64,000 bases of DNA, from the NCBI GenBank assembly GCA_964621005.1, contig CAZUIF010000004.1:69204-133203 (forward strand), given 5' to 3'. The position numbers and the translations under genes were made by a program. Positions within the stretch are counted from its first letter, which is position 1, and every line of letters starts with the position of its first letter. The DNA is from an uncultured Rikenella sp. (GTDB lineage: Bacteria > Bacteroidota > Bacteroidia > Bacteroidales > VadinHA17). Under the pieces are notes generated by a model that was not told the DNA's origin, made no database searches, and saw only the letters and a program-made list of their open reading frames with translations. Positions 1-8,909 of the stretch are shown in pieces.

Positions 1-400
1 TCGTTTGTGCAATTTTGGACATGGTCTTGAACCCGAAGTCACAGTCTTTTTCAATCTCCTCGTTGAGTCTTTTTGAATCGATGGCAATTACCCTGGCAGG
101 AGTCACAGCCATCACCCAGGCTGTGGAGATGTAGGGGTAAAAGACTGCTGACCATGAAAAAAGCTGCCCTTCCTCAATTGATCCCAGGTGTATTCTCTTT
201 TCGTGAGGCAGGCTTATACCCAGTGAGAGCGAACCGGTCAGCAGGATATAGACCTCGGACAATTCGTCATACTGGTCAAAGATTATTTCCTTAACCCTGA
301 ATTCCCTGATGGAAGAGATCATCACGATTCTTGAGAGCTGTTCCTCAGTGTATTTGTCGAAGAATCTGATCTTTTTCAGATCATCAGTATTCAAATTCAT
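1..400 (-). CDS. Cyclic nucleotide-binding (Crp effector-type) domain protein, 5' part only; continues past the left window edge
   Basis: My own translation of the minus strand from the ATG at 398-400 gives 133 codons without a stop (MNLNTDDLKKIRFFDKYTEEQLSRIVMISSIREFRVKEIIFDQYDELSEVYILLTGSLSL...GSIEEGQLFSWSAVF...ARVIAIDSKRLNEEIEKDCDFGFKTM). The pattern is typical of a cNMP-binding beta-barrel. It starts 16 nt downstream of the preceding gene on the same strand. It is absent from the ORF track because it is open-ended. Confidence 0.6.
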   Translation of the reverse strand, partial: MNLNTDDLKKIRFFDKYTEEQLSRIVMISSIREFRVKEIIFDQYDELSEVYILLTGSLSLGISLPHEKRIHLGSIEEGQLFSWSAVFYPYISTAWVMAVTPARVIAIDSKRLNEEIEKDCDFGFKTMSKIAQT

Positions 401-415
401 GACATTACCTTTATA

Positions 416-1252
416 TTATTTCCATATCTCGGGGTTGTGTTTTATCTCATTGTAGGTAAAGACAGGCCCGTCCTTGCATACAAAGAATTCTCCCATCATG
501 CAGTGACCGCATTTGCCGAGACCGCATGACATGTTTTTCTCCATTGAGAGGTATATCCGGTCTTCCGGGTAACCCATCTCAAGCAGCCTGATGGTTCCGA
601 ATTTCATCATGATTGGCGGACCGCACACTACTGCCACCGAGTTGTCAATATTTACCCTGATGCTGTCAAGAAGCTTGGTGGCAACACCTACAGGACCATC
701 CCAGTCATCATCGGTAATATCAACCGTGCGGTAGGCTTCAAACTTACCGATGCTGTTGAGCCTGCTGAACAGAGGCTTGTAGATGCAGTCTGCCGGCGTC
801 TTGGAACCGTAGCAGAGAATAACCTTTTCAAGGTCATCCTTCATATGCTCAAGGGTGAAGAGCAGTGAACGGATCGGGGCAAGGCCGCATCCGCCCCCGA
901 GTATCAGCACCTCCTTGCCCCTGAATTGGGTTACCGGGTATCCTCTTCCGAAAGGACCCCTGATACCCATGACAGCCCCCGGTTTCAGTTCATGCATTAT
1001 ACCGGTGACATACCCTGTTTTCATTACTGTTACTTCCAGCCTCTCCGTCACCAGGGGTGATGACGAAGGTGTAAAGGGTGCCTCTCCTGCACCGTCAACC
1101 GACAGTTCAATGAATTGTCCCGTGCTGAAGACGAACTCCTTCTCGGGAACCAGCACGAAGGTTTTGATCAGGGGAGACTCTTCGATCACCTCGGTGAGAT
1201 TAGCCCTTAAAGGTTTATATATATTATGGTTGTGACCGGTCATAGGAATCAT
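416..1252 (-). CDS. FAD/NAD(P)-binding oxidoreductase with a C-terminal [2Fe-2S] site (sulfhydrogenase gamma / AsrB-like subunit)
   Basis: 278 aa. It has a ferredoxin-reductase-type fold signature (GQFIELSV, RGPFG, LILGGGCGLAPIRS) and a C-terminal CGLGKCGHC...C cluster motif. Its start overlaps the stop of the upstream 4Fe-4S gene at 1252. Confidence 0.8.
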   Translation of the reverse strand: MIPMTGHNHNIYKPLRANLTEVIEESPLIKTFVLVPEKEFVFSTGQFIELSVDGAGEAPFTPSSSPLVTERLEVTVMKTGYVTGIMHELKPGAVMGIRGPFGRGYPVTQFRGKEVLILGGGCGLAPIRSLLFTLEHMKDDLEKVILCYGSKTPADCIYKPLFSRLNSIGKFEAYRTVDITDDDWDGPVGVATKLLDSIRVNIDNSVAVVCGPPIMMKFGTIRLLEMGYPEDRIYLSMEKNMSCGLGKCGHCMMGEFFVCKDGPVFTYNEIKHNPEIWK

Positions 1253-2241
1253 CAGATGAGTTCCATGAAGAGTTCATTCTTGTTTATCTTTCCCAGGCAG
1301 GCCTCGATGCATCTGCCACAGCCCGTGCAGGCAAGTGAACGGAATTTCTGAGGCCGCCATACATACTTGCACATATACCTGTTCCTGAAGCGGTGGTCAA
1401 GTTCAAACAGTGCATCTTCACCCCCGGCAACCCTTTCGAATCCCGGGTACTGACAGGCATCAGCCTGTTTCACCTTTTCAAAGCCAGGCCTGTCGATAAG
1501 GATAAAGCAACTGCATGTGGGACAGATGGTTGTGCAGGCCCCGCATGAAACGCACTTTGAGGCATATTTCTTCCAGGTATCCCGCCCCGCCTTGATTACG
1601 ATCTCCCCGGTGGTTTTGTAGTCAGGCAGATTTTTATTCAGGGCGGCAAGAGCAGTCTCAATTTCCTTATGTTTTTCCTCCGCCAGGACTGTCCCTGCAG
1701 GATCATCTACCCGTTCAGCTGCCGGCAACTCTTTTGCCAGCTCTGCGCCACGGCCGGTGATTACCCTGATGAACATGTTATCACCCGCTGAAAAAACTGC
1801 CATATCCGCGATTTCCTCCGACCATGGCCTGACTCCGTAAGAAGTACAGTGGCAATGCTCGTTAACAGAATGGCAGTCTGCTGCAATTATCAGGGTGTTA
1901 TTCCTCCGTTCCCTGTAGAAAGGATCAGGGAATGCCTCGTCAAGATAAATCTCATCAAGCAGGGCAAGAGCCGTCACATCACAGTTGGGTACCCCGATAA
2001 TTATCCTGGGTCTTCCTTTTTTACCGGTATTCGAGACATTTTCCCTTACAGGCAGGAAAAAATTCTTGAGCGGGGTGGCCGGCTTTGGTATGTTATACGC
2101 GATCTCATCAGCATGACCCGGCCTGAATGGCTCATAATCAAGGCTGAATTCATCCTTCACCGGAACGAATATGTCATGTGAGGAGAGCAGATTTTCCAGT
2201 GAACGATGCCAATCTTCCTTTCTAATGGTTATGTAGTACAT
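1252..2241 (-). CDS. 4Fe-4S dicluster protein (sulfhydrogenase beta / AsrA-like subunit)
   Basis: 329 aa with two ferredoxin-type motifs (CVSCGACTTICPTCSC and CTGCGRCIEAC). It is translationally coupled to the downstream flavoprotein subunit. Confidence 0.75.
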   Translation of the reverse strand: MYYITIRKEDWHRSLENLLSSHDIFVPVKDEFSLDYEPFRPGHADEIAYNIPKPATPLKNFFLPVRENVSNTGKKGRPRIIIGVPNCDVTALALLDEIYLDEAFPDPFYRERRNNTLIIAADCHSVNEHCHCTSYGVRPWSEEIADMAVFSAGDNMFIRVITGRGAELAKELPAAERVDDPAGTVLAEEKHKEIETALAALNKNLPDYKTTGEIVIKAGRDTWKKYASKCVSCGACTTICPTCSCFILIDRPGFEKVKQADACQYPGFERVAGGEDALFELDHRFRNRYMCKYVWRPQKFRSLACTGCGRCIEACLGKINKNELFMELI

Positions 2242-2244
2242 TAT

Positions 2245-2262
2245 ATGTGAGAAGATTCACAT
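2245..2262. promoter_or_regulatory. Candidate Rex operator upstream of the 2241(-) operon
   Basis: ATGTGAG-AAGA-TTCACAT is an 18-nt palindrome with 7-4-7 spacing, matching the known Rex consensus TTGTGAA-N4-TTCACAA. It lies 4 nt upstream of the start codon of the 4Fe-4S gene. Confidence 0.5.
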
Positions 2263-2430
2263 AATAAAGTTAGATGTGCAATCAACTCAAGTCAAATTTT
2301 TTTTATCCCTTATTTGTAAGGCAGATAATTATTAATTGATAACATATTATTAATCAATATTATATTTTAATGCATGCTGTTTGAAGAAGTTAGTTTAAAT
2401 TGCATAACGGATTTGTGTTTCAATGAATTA

Positions 2431-2448
2431 ATGTGAAACAATTCACAA
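2431..2448. promoter_or_regulatory. Candidate Rex operator overlapping the rex start codon (autoregulation)
   Basis: ATGTGAA-ACAA-TTCACAA matches TTGTGAA-N4-TTCACAA at 13 of 14 specified positions. The only possible in-frame start of rex (GTG 2433, just after an in-frame TGA at 2424-2426) lies inside the site. Confidence 0.65.
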
Positions 2449-3086
2449 AACACAACACCAGGAACAGTCTCAGGCGGATTTTTCTTTATCACGGGCTCCT
2501 GGTAAGGCTTAACTCCATGGGGGTAAGCAGGGTCTATTCGTACACTCTTGCCGAGGGGGCAGGGGTGACACCCGAACAGGTCAGGAAGGACTTTTCAGAA
2601 TACGGTATAAGAGGCAACAGGAGGGGAGGCTATATTACCGGCTCGCTTCTGAACGAGATGGAGAATCTCTTCAAGAGGGACCGCATCACCAATGTGATAC
2701 TAGTGGGGATGGGCAACCTCGGGCAGGCACTCTCCAAGTATGCACGTTTCATCCAGCGCGGAATAAACATCGTCGCAACGTTTGACATTGACCCCTTCAA
2801 GCAGAAGACAAGGGATGAACTGCAGGTTTATTCTCCCGGGCGGCTGCAGGAGATAATAGACCGGTTCCATGTCACTGTTGCTATCATCGCCGTACCTGAC
2901 ATCTCGGCACAGGAGGTATGCAATGAACTGGTAAACATGGGTATCAGGGGTATTGTCAATTTTTCGCCTGTGCTGCTCAGGGTGCCTGAATACGTGATTG
3001 TCAACAACGTTAACCTCAGTGATGAGATAGAGAGCGTCATCTGGTCCGTTTACCGGATGAAGGAGAGGCAATCGCTTTACCTTTAG
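2433..3086 (+). CDS. rex: Redox-sensing transcriptional repressor Rex
   Basis: 217 aa. The N-terminal winged helix (RRIFLYHGLL...VSRVYSYTLAEGAGVTPEQVRKDFSEYG..G.RRGGY) plus a Rossmann GMGNLGQAL motif is the classical Rex architecture. It uses a GTG start. Confidence 0.85.
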   Translation: MKQFTKHNTRNSLRRIFLYHGLLVRLNSMGVSRVYSYTLAEGAGVTPEQVRKDFSEYGIRGNRRGGYITGSLLNEMENLFKRDRITNVILVGMGNLGQALSKYARFIQRGINIVATFDIDPFKQKTRDELQVYSPGRLQEIIDRFHVTVAIIAVPDISAQEVCNELVNMGIRGIVNFSPVLLRVPEYVIVNNVNLSDEIESVIWSVYRMKERQSLYL

Positions 3087-3091
3087 CTGCA

Positions 3092-5362
3092 ATGGAAACA
3101 GGTTATGAAATACTTGTCAGGGGGCTTGTTCAGGGTGTCGGATTCAGGCCTTTCATAAGCAGGCTCGCCCTCCGGCATTGCCTTACCGGCGAAGTCGTCA
3201 ACAGGAGTGACGGGGTAAGGATTGTACTGAAGTGTGACCTGGCCTCCCTGAAGCGATTCGTGGATGATATACGGACCCAGGCTCCTCCGGCAGCGAATAT
3301 CAAATCGATAGAGTTCAGCCGGACTGATGCCGGGAATTACAGTGAATTCACAATAAACTCCAGCCTCGATGAGGGGGATGCAATCACGGAAGTCAGTCCT
3401 GATATTGCCGTTTGCCATGAGTGCCTTTCCGATCTTGCAGATGATCCGCGGCGGATTGATTACCCTTTTGTGAACTGTACGAACTGTGGTCCGCGTTTTA
3501 CAATAATCAGGGCTCTGCCCTATGACAGGGCTGCTACCACCATGGCTCCGTTCAGGATGTGCCGGCCATGTGCATCTGAATACAGCGATATCAATGACAG
3601 GAGGTATCATGCCCAGCCCGTGGCATGCAACGACTGCGGTCCGGAATACACCCTCAGATCTCACGGCGGAGAAGGAGAAATAAATGGCATCACAGCCATT
3701 CTGCGAAAAATAGCTGACCGCCTTGCTGCCGGAGAGAGTGTTGCTGTGAAGTCCACCGGAGGATACAACCTCATGTGTGATGCGCTGAACGAAACAGCAG
3801 TATCGGATTTAAGGCTGAGGAAGCAGCGTGACATGAAGCCTTTTGCCGTGATGTTCAGGGATATTGAAGCCCTGAGGCAGTACTGCCTGACGGATGATGA
3901 CGAGGAGGATCTGCTGCTTTCCTGGAGGAGACCTATACTAATCCTGCGGCAGAGGAAGCCGCTGGCACCTTCGGTCAGCAGCGGCCTGAACACCACCGGT
4001 GCGATGCTGCCCCATATGCCCCTGTACCACATGCTTTTCGGGATACTGCGGACTCCTGCTGTGGTGCTCACCTCGGGAAACCTGAGCGAAGAGCCGATAA
4101 TCATTTCAGACACTGCCGCCCTCAGGGATCTGCTACCATTGGCGGGCTGCGTGGTGAGTTACAACAGGGAGATAAACAACAGGGCTGATGATTCAGTCGT
4201 AAGGATGGGTTCAGGAAGGACAATCATGATACGCAGGTCGCGTGGTTATACTCCGCAGCCGGTCGACCTCGCTGAAGGCGCGGAGGGTATATTTGCCGCA
4301 GGCGCGGAGCAGAAAAACTGCTTCTGCATCGGTAAGGGCCGGCGTGCCATTTTGAGTCAGTATATAGGGGATATCAGAAATGTGGCCACGTATGATTATT
4401 ATACTGAAACCTACGGACTCTTCTCATCCCTCTTCAGGTTTGAACCCTCCGATGTTGCCTGCGACATGCATCCTGATTACCTCCCGGGCAGGTTTGCCGA
4501 AGAGCTGGCAGGGGTAAAGGGGCTGCCTCTTGTCAGGATTCAGCACCACCATGCCCATGCAGTCTCAGTCATGGCTGAACATCAGCTTGCCGGAAAAGTC
4601 ATCGGGGTAGTCATGGACGGAACGGGCTTCGGAACAGACGGCAATATATGGGGCAGTGAGTTCATGATTGCCTCGGCAACAGACTTTGAACGGTACTCCC
4701 ATTTTGAGTATTTCATGATGCCAGGAGGTGATATGGCGGTTTACGAACCATGGAGAATGGCTCTCTCATGTCTCTTCAGCTGTTTTGGCAGTCACTATGA
4801 TTTCACCTCGCTCAGGCTTTTCAGGGAAACCGATCCGGTCAGGCTCTCCACTGTCATGGAAATGCTTGTCCACAGGATCAATGCCCCTCTGACCTGTGGC
4901 GCAGGAAGAATATTCGATGCTGTTTCTGCACTGCTGGGGCTGTGTGCAAGGTCTTCGTTTGATTCCGAAGCACCTATGCGCCTGGAATCAGCGGTCAGCG
5001 GCAGTACAGATGATTATTATCCGTTTACGGTGAATGGCATCGTTCGCCTGGGTGATGTTTTCCGTGAACTGACAGTTGATATTATGCGGAGTGAAATATC
5101 GTATGCCGCCACAAAATTCCATAACACAGTTGCACAGGTGATCCTTTCGGTTTGCAAAAGCATGAGGAATGACACGGGGCTTAATGATGTCGTGCTGTCA
5201 GGCGGGGTTTTTCAGAACAGGTACCTGCTTGAAAAATCTTTGTACCTTTTATCCATGAACCGCTTCAGTGTATACACAAATAATCAGGTTCCCCCGAATG
5301 ACGGGGGTATATCCCTGGGCCAGCTGGCAGTTGCAGCGGAAAGGAGGCGATTATGTGTCTGA
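3092..5362 (+). CDS. hypF: [NiFe]-hydrogenase maturation carbamoyltransferase HypF
   Basis: 756 aa. It has an acylphosphatase-like N-terminus (LVRGLVQGVGFRPF) and two zinc-finger pairs (CHECLSDL...CTNCGPRFT; CRPCASEY...CNDCGP), followed by YrdC-like and Kae1-like domains. It starts 5 nt after the rex stop. Confidence 0.95.
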   Translation: METGYEILVRGLVQGVGFRPFISRLALRHCLTGEVVNRSDGVRIVLKCDLASLKRFVDDIRTQAPPAANIKSIEFSRTDAGNYSEFTINSSLDEGDAITEVSPDIAVCHECLSDLADDPRRIDYPFVNCTNCGPRFTIIRALPYDRAATTMAPFRMCRPCASEYSDINDRRYHAQPVACNDCGPEYTLRSHGGEGEINGITAILRKIADRLAAGESVAVKSTGGYNLMCDALNETAVSDLRLRKQRDMKPFAVMFRDIEALRQYCLTDDDEEDLLLSWRRPILILRQRKPLAPSVSSGLNTTGAMLPHMPLYHMLFGILRTPAVVLTSGNLSEEPIIISDTAALRDLLPLAGCVVSYNREINNRADDSVVRMGSGRTIMIRRSRGYTPQPVDLAEGAEGIFAAGAEQKNCFCIGKGRRAILSQYIGDIRNVATYDYYTETYGLFSSLFRFEPSDVACDMHPDYLPGRFAEELAGVKGLPLVRIQHHHAHAVSVMAEHQLAGKVIGVVMDGTGFGTDGNIWGSEFMIASATDFERYSHFEYFMMPGGDMAVYEPWRMALSCLFSCFGSHYDFTSLRLFRETDPVRLSTVMEMLVHRINAPLTCGAGRIFDAVSALLGLCARSSFDSEAPMRLESAVSGSTDDYYPFTVNGIVRLGDVFRELTVDIMRSEISYAATKFHNTVAQVILSVCKSMRNDTGLNDVVLSGGVFQNRYLLEKSLYLLSMNRFSVYTNNQVPPNDGGISLGQLAVAAERRRLCV

Positions 5363-5628
5363 GCCTTCCGGCGAAGGTATTGAAGGTCGAAGGTGACATG
5401 GCTGAGGTCTCCGTCGGCGGAGCTGTTTTCAGGGCGGGTGTGCAGATGGTTGAAGGCGTCAGGCCGGGTGACTATATACTTCTTCATGCCGGTTTTGCCA
5501 TAGGCAGGATGAAGGAGGAAGAGGCACTTGAGACACTGCGCCTCCTGGACGAGGTTGACGGAGCAGGACAGGGAAACGGGTACGGAGGGACTTCGGGTGT
5601 TACCGGGGAGTATCATACCGGCGCATGA
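5353..5628 (+). CDS. hypC: Hydrogenase assembly chaperone HypC/HupF
   Basis: 91 aa with the invariant N-terminal MCL(S/A)xP (MCLSLPAKV). It overlaps the hypF end by 10 nt and the hypD start by ATGA. Confidence 0.9.
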   Translation: MCLSLPAKVLKVEGDMAEVSVGGAVFRAGVQMVEGVRPGDYILLHAGFAIGRMKEEEALETLRLLDEVDGAGQGNGYGGTSGVTGEYHTGA

Positions 5629-6710
5629 AATATGTTGATGAATACAGGAACGGCAGACATATTGCCAGGCTGGCTGAGATGATCAGGCAGGAGGCTGTCT
5701 GTGATTATTCCTTCATGGAGGTCTGCGGCGGTCATACAGCTGCCATACACCGGTTCGGGATACCTTCACTTCTTCCATCCCGAGTCAGACTGCTGTCAGG
5801 ACCCGGATGTCCGGTATGTGTCACACCAGCCGGCTACATAGACACGCTGGTCGCCCTCGCCGCGGGTGAGGATGTGACAGTGGCCCTGTTCGGTGACCTG
5901 ATGAGGGTCCCCGGGACCACATCCTCACCGGCAGAGGCGAAAGCCTCCGGTGCTGACATCAGGGTAGTGCTGTCAGCACATGAAGCGCTCGACCTTGCAA
6001 GATCCAATCCGCAGAGAAGGGTGATCTTCGCTGCAATAGGGTTTGAGACAACTGCTCCCGGCACTGCAGTTACTCTGACGGAGGCTGAAAGAGACGGTGT
6101 GGGTAACTTCCATGTGCTGAATGCACATAAGGTCATGCCCCCTGCCATGGAGATGCTTTTAAGGGAGGGTACCCGGATCGACGGTTTTATCTGCCCGGGG
6201 CATGTTGCTGTGATTACAGGATCTGCGGTCTTTGATTTTATCCCCCGCAGGTACGGCCTGGCCTGTGCTGTTGCCGGGTTTGAGCCGGCCGATATAATGC
6301 TTGCCGTGCTGATGCTCATCAGGCAGGTAAACAGCCGCAAACCGAAGGTCGAAATTGAGTACCGCAGGGCGGTATCTGCAGAAGGCAACCAGATGGCGCA
6401 GCTATACATGCGGGAGGCCTTTGAGCCGGGGGATGCTGAATGGAGGGGGCTAGGCATCATTCCCTCCGGAGGCATGAATTTACAGGAACGGTTCCGCAGG
6501 TTTGATGCCGGCCTTGTCTTCAATGTTGACACACCTGCACCGGTCAGTGAAACGGGCTGCATATGCGGTGACATACTCAGAGGGGTCAGGACACCCGCGG
6601 ACTGTCCTCTTTTTTCCACGTCATGCACCCCTGACAATCCCCAGGGAGCATGCATGGTTTCAGCCGAAGGATCATGCAATACCTTTTTTATATACAACAG
6701 TCATGAGTGA
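5625..6710 (+). CDS. hypD: Hydrogenase formation protein HypD
   Basis: 361 aa with conserved HypD motifs (CGGHT, GPGCPVCV, GFETT, PGHV). Confidence 0.95.
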   Translation: MKYVDEYRNGRHIARLAEMIRQEAVCDYSFMEVCGGHTAAIHRFGIPSLLPSRVRLLSGPGCPVCVTPAGYIDTLVALAAGEDVTVALFGDLMRVPGTTSSPAEAKASGADIRVVLSAHEALDLARSNPQRRVIFAAIGFETTAPGTAVTLTEAERDGVGNFHVLNAHKVMPPAMEMLLREGTRIDGFICPGHVAVITGSAVFDFIPRRYGLACAVAGFEPADIMLAVLMLIRQVNSRKPKVEIEYRRAVSAEGNQMAQLYMREAFEPGDAEWRGLGIIPSGGMNLQERFRRFDAGLVFNVDTPAPVSETGCICGDILRGVRTPADCPLFSTSCTPDNPQGACMVSAEGSCNTFFIYNSHE

Positions 6711-7731
6711 AAAGATCACCCTTGGCCACGGAAGCGGGGGCAGGCAGGCGCAGAAACTGATCCGCGAACATTTTGCGGCCCGTTTCGGCATGTCCGGACC
6801 GATGACCGACTCAGCCATACTGACAGCACCCTCAGGGACCCTCGCCTTCACGACAGACTCATATGTGATTGATCCTCTCTTCTTTCCGGGAGGAAACATC
6901 GGAAAGCTTGCTGTCTGCGGGACAGTGAATGACCTTGCTGTCTCAGGGGCAGAGCCGAAGTTCCTGTCGGCTGCCTTCATCATTGAGGAGGGGTTCGGCA
7001 TGGAACAGCTCGATGAAATCGTGACTACCATGGCTGACGAGGCAGAGAAGGCAGGGGTGCGGATTGTCACAGGCGACACCAAGGTTGTGGATAAGGGCAA
7101 GTGTGACAGGATCTTTATCAACACTGCAGGGGTGGGACTGCTCAGCAGTGACCTGGTGCATGTCAGCACCGCTTCATCAGTAAAGGATGGAGATTTGCTG
7201 ATAATCAACGGGCCACCGGGTAATCACGCGGTGACTATCCTTGCTGCCCGTCAGGGGCTATCGTTCGATATACCGCTGCTATCTGACTGCGCATCCCTGA
7301 ATCACCTGGTACGCAGGATCACGGAGAAACCTGAAGCGGTTCATTTCATGAGAGACCTGACCCGCGGAGGACTGGCTGCCGTGCTCAATGAACTGACTGC
7401 AATGCTCAACGAGCAGCCTGCCATGCACCGGTACTGTATTACGGTTGATGAAGCTTCGGTTCCCTTTCAGGAACAGGTCAGGGGACTCTGTGAGATACTC
7501 GGCTTCGACCCTCTCAGCCTGGCAAGCGAAGGACGGTTGCTGGTGGTGGCTGCGCCAGGGGAGGCCGCGGCAATACTGCAAAGGATGCGCAGTGACCCTG
7601 ATGGTCGTGATGCCTCTGTCATCGGCCGGATTACAACCGGAAGGGAAGGCCGCGTCATACTTAACGGAGCCTCCGGGGGGCAGAGGTTCCTGGATATGCC
7701 TTCAGGCCAGCTGTTGCCGCGTATATGCTGA
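6703..7731 (+). CDS. hypE: Hydrogenase expression/formation protein HypE
   Basis: The ORF-track entry starts at 6502, but the homologous N-terminus (MSEKITLGHGSGG) begins at the ATG at 6703, overlapping the hypD stop (ATGAGTGA). It has an AIR-synthase-like fold and the C-terminal PRIC motif typical of HypE. Confidence 0.93.
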   Translation: MSEKITLGHGSGGRQAQKLIREHFAARFGMSGPMTDSAILTAPSGTLAFTTDSYVIDPLFFPGGNIGKLAVCGTVNDLAVSGAEPKFLSAAFIIEEGFGMEQLDEIVTTMADEAEKAGVRIVTGDTKVVDKGKCDRIFINTAGVGLLSSDLVHVSTASSVKDGDLLIINGPPGNHAVTILAARQGLSFDIPLLSDCASLNHLVRRITEKPEAVHFMRDLTRGGLAAVLNELTAMLNEQPAMHRYCITVDEASVPFQEQVRGLCEILGFDPLSLASEGRLLVVAAPGEAAAILQRMRSDPDGRDASVIGRITTGREGRVILNGASGGQRFLDMPSGQLLPRIC

Positions 7732-7741
7732 AAGGAAGAGG

Positions 7742-8083
7742 ATGCATGAGCTGAGAATAGCAACGGACCTTGTTGAGATGGTTGAAGGATATGCAGCCGA
7801 AGCGGGCCTTCAGGCAGTCACAAGGGTGAATGTGAGCTTCGGGCAGTTTATACAGATCGTGCCTGACCTGTTTGAGACTGCATTCCGTGAAGCAGCAGCA
7901 GATACCGTTGCCACAGGGGCAGAAATCAGTATCGAGATCATCGCCGCAGAAATGCGCTGCCTTGGCTGCGGATCATTATACATACCTTCGGATGACCTGA
8001 ACGGATGCTCCGTCTGCGGCTCGTCTGAGATTGACATTGTACACGGAAAGGAATTATTTATAAAAAGTATTGAAGGAGAATGA
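7742..8083 (+). CDS. hypA: Hydrogenase nickel insertion protein HypA
   Basis: 113 aa starting with the conserved MHE motif (MHELRIATDLV) and carrying a CxxC...CxxC zinc site (CLGCG...CSVCG). The track ORF from 7445 is a 5' extension that overlaps hypE. Confidence 0.9.
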   Translation: MHELRIATDLVEMVEGYAAEAGLQAVTRVNVSFGQFIQIVPDLFETAFREAAADTVATGAEISIEIIAAEMRCLGCGSLYIPSDDLNGCSVCGSSEIDIVHGKELFIKSIEGE

Positions 8084-8745
8084 TCATGGAAATCAGGATT
8101 ATGAAAAACATCCTCGACAGGAACCAGAACAAGGCTGAAGAGGTTCGGACACTGCTGACAGGGAAGAAGGTGATGATGGTCAATATAATCAGTTCCCCCG
8201 GCGCCGGCAAGACGACCCTCCTTGAAAGGACCTGCGAGGCGCTGGCCGGCAGCGTCAGGATAGGAGTAATAGAGGGTGATGTGACCACTGACCGGGATGC
8301 ACAGCGTCTGAAGAAATACAATATACCAATAGTGGCAATCAATACGGAAGGAGGGTGTCATCTTGATTCCCACAGCATCTCGAAAGCCCTTGTTCATTTT
8401 GATCTTGACACCATCGATCTGCTCTTTGTTGAAAATGTAGGCAACCTTATCTGTCCTTCGCAGTTTGACCTGGGAGAAACCTTCAAGCTTGCTGTTGTCA
8501 GCACGGCTGAAGGGGACGACAAGCCGGCCAAGTATCCGATGCTTTTCAGCCAGGCAAGGGCTGTCATCCTGAACAAGACGGACCTTTTACCGTATACCAA
8601 CTTCCGCCTGGACGCCTTTGCTGCCGACATGGCTGCCATAAATCCCCGGATCACAATCTTCAGGACTTCAGCCGTGAAAGGGGAGGGAATGGCAGAGTGG
8701 CTGGAGTGGCTCAGAAACCAGATCAAGGCTTTTTCCACGGTCTGA
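8080..8745 (+). CDS. hypB: Hydrogenase nickel incorporation GTPase HypB
   Basis: 221 aa with a P-loop (SSPGAGKTTLL), a CHLD metal site and ENVGNLICP. It shows an ATGA overlap with hypA. An alternative start is the ATG at 8086. Confidence 0.9.
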   Translation: MIMEIRIMKNILDRNQNKAEEVRTLLTGKKVMMVNIISSPGAGKTTLLERTCEALAGSVRIGVIEGDVTTDRDAQRLKKYNIPIVAINTEGGCHLDSHSISKALVHFDLDTIDLLFVENVGNLICPSQFDLGETFKLAVVSTAEGDDKPAKYPMLFSQARAVILNKTDLLPYTNFRLDAFAADMAAINPRITIFRTSAVKGEGMAEWLEWLRNQIKAFSTV

Positions 8746-8833
8746 CGCGAGGCTTTCGCAATTGCGTATTCGCCCATTAATTCAAGCCTTAAATATTCAT
8801 AAACATGACATAAGTAAGGTTTTGGGAATTCTA

Positions 8834-8851
8834 TTGTTATTAATTTCACAG
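8834..8851. promoter_or_regulatory. Weak Rex-like site upstream of the hydrogenase structural operon
   Basis: TTGTTAT-TAAT-TTCACAG has one good half-site (6/7) and one poorer half-site (5/7). It lies about 60 nt upstream of the 8910 start. Confidence 0.3.
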
Positions 8852-8909
8852 TCGAAAATTTCACCCGGAAGTTTACGTTTTAACACTAAATACTTAAAAA
8901 CCAATAGAA

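Noticed and set aside
73-294. A 73-aa plus-strand ORF at the left edge.
   Set aside because: It is antisense to the much better supported cNMP-domain ORF (an open frame of 133 codons with a clear domain pattern). Its translation is Arg/Pro/Trp-rich with no motif.
2300-2370. TTGAT...ATCAA inverted repeat (ATTGATaacatattattaATCAAT) as an FNR/CRP box in the rex divergent region.
   Set aside because: The spacing is about 12 nt, not the 4 nt of FNR sites. The region is extremely AT-rich, so such repeats arise easily. The Rex-type palindromes explain the region better.
5834-6697. A 287-aa ORF antisense to hypD. There are similar long antisense ORFs at 3083-3664, 3661-4113, 24100-24948, 25432-26001, 33438-34196, 52735-53784 and 57207-57698.
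   Set aside because: These are shadow ORFs inside strongly supported genes on the opposite strand. Their translations are low-complexity (Ser/Pro/Arg/Ala-rich) with no recognisable motifs. They are typical of moderately GC-rich DNA.
6502-6702. An upstream extension of hypE (track ORF starts at 6502), and likewise of hypA (7445-7741).
   Set aside because: The extensions overlap the preceding genes in another frame and add non-homologous sequence. The conserved N-termini (MSEKITLGHGSGG; MHELRIA) begin at 6703 and 7742.
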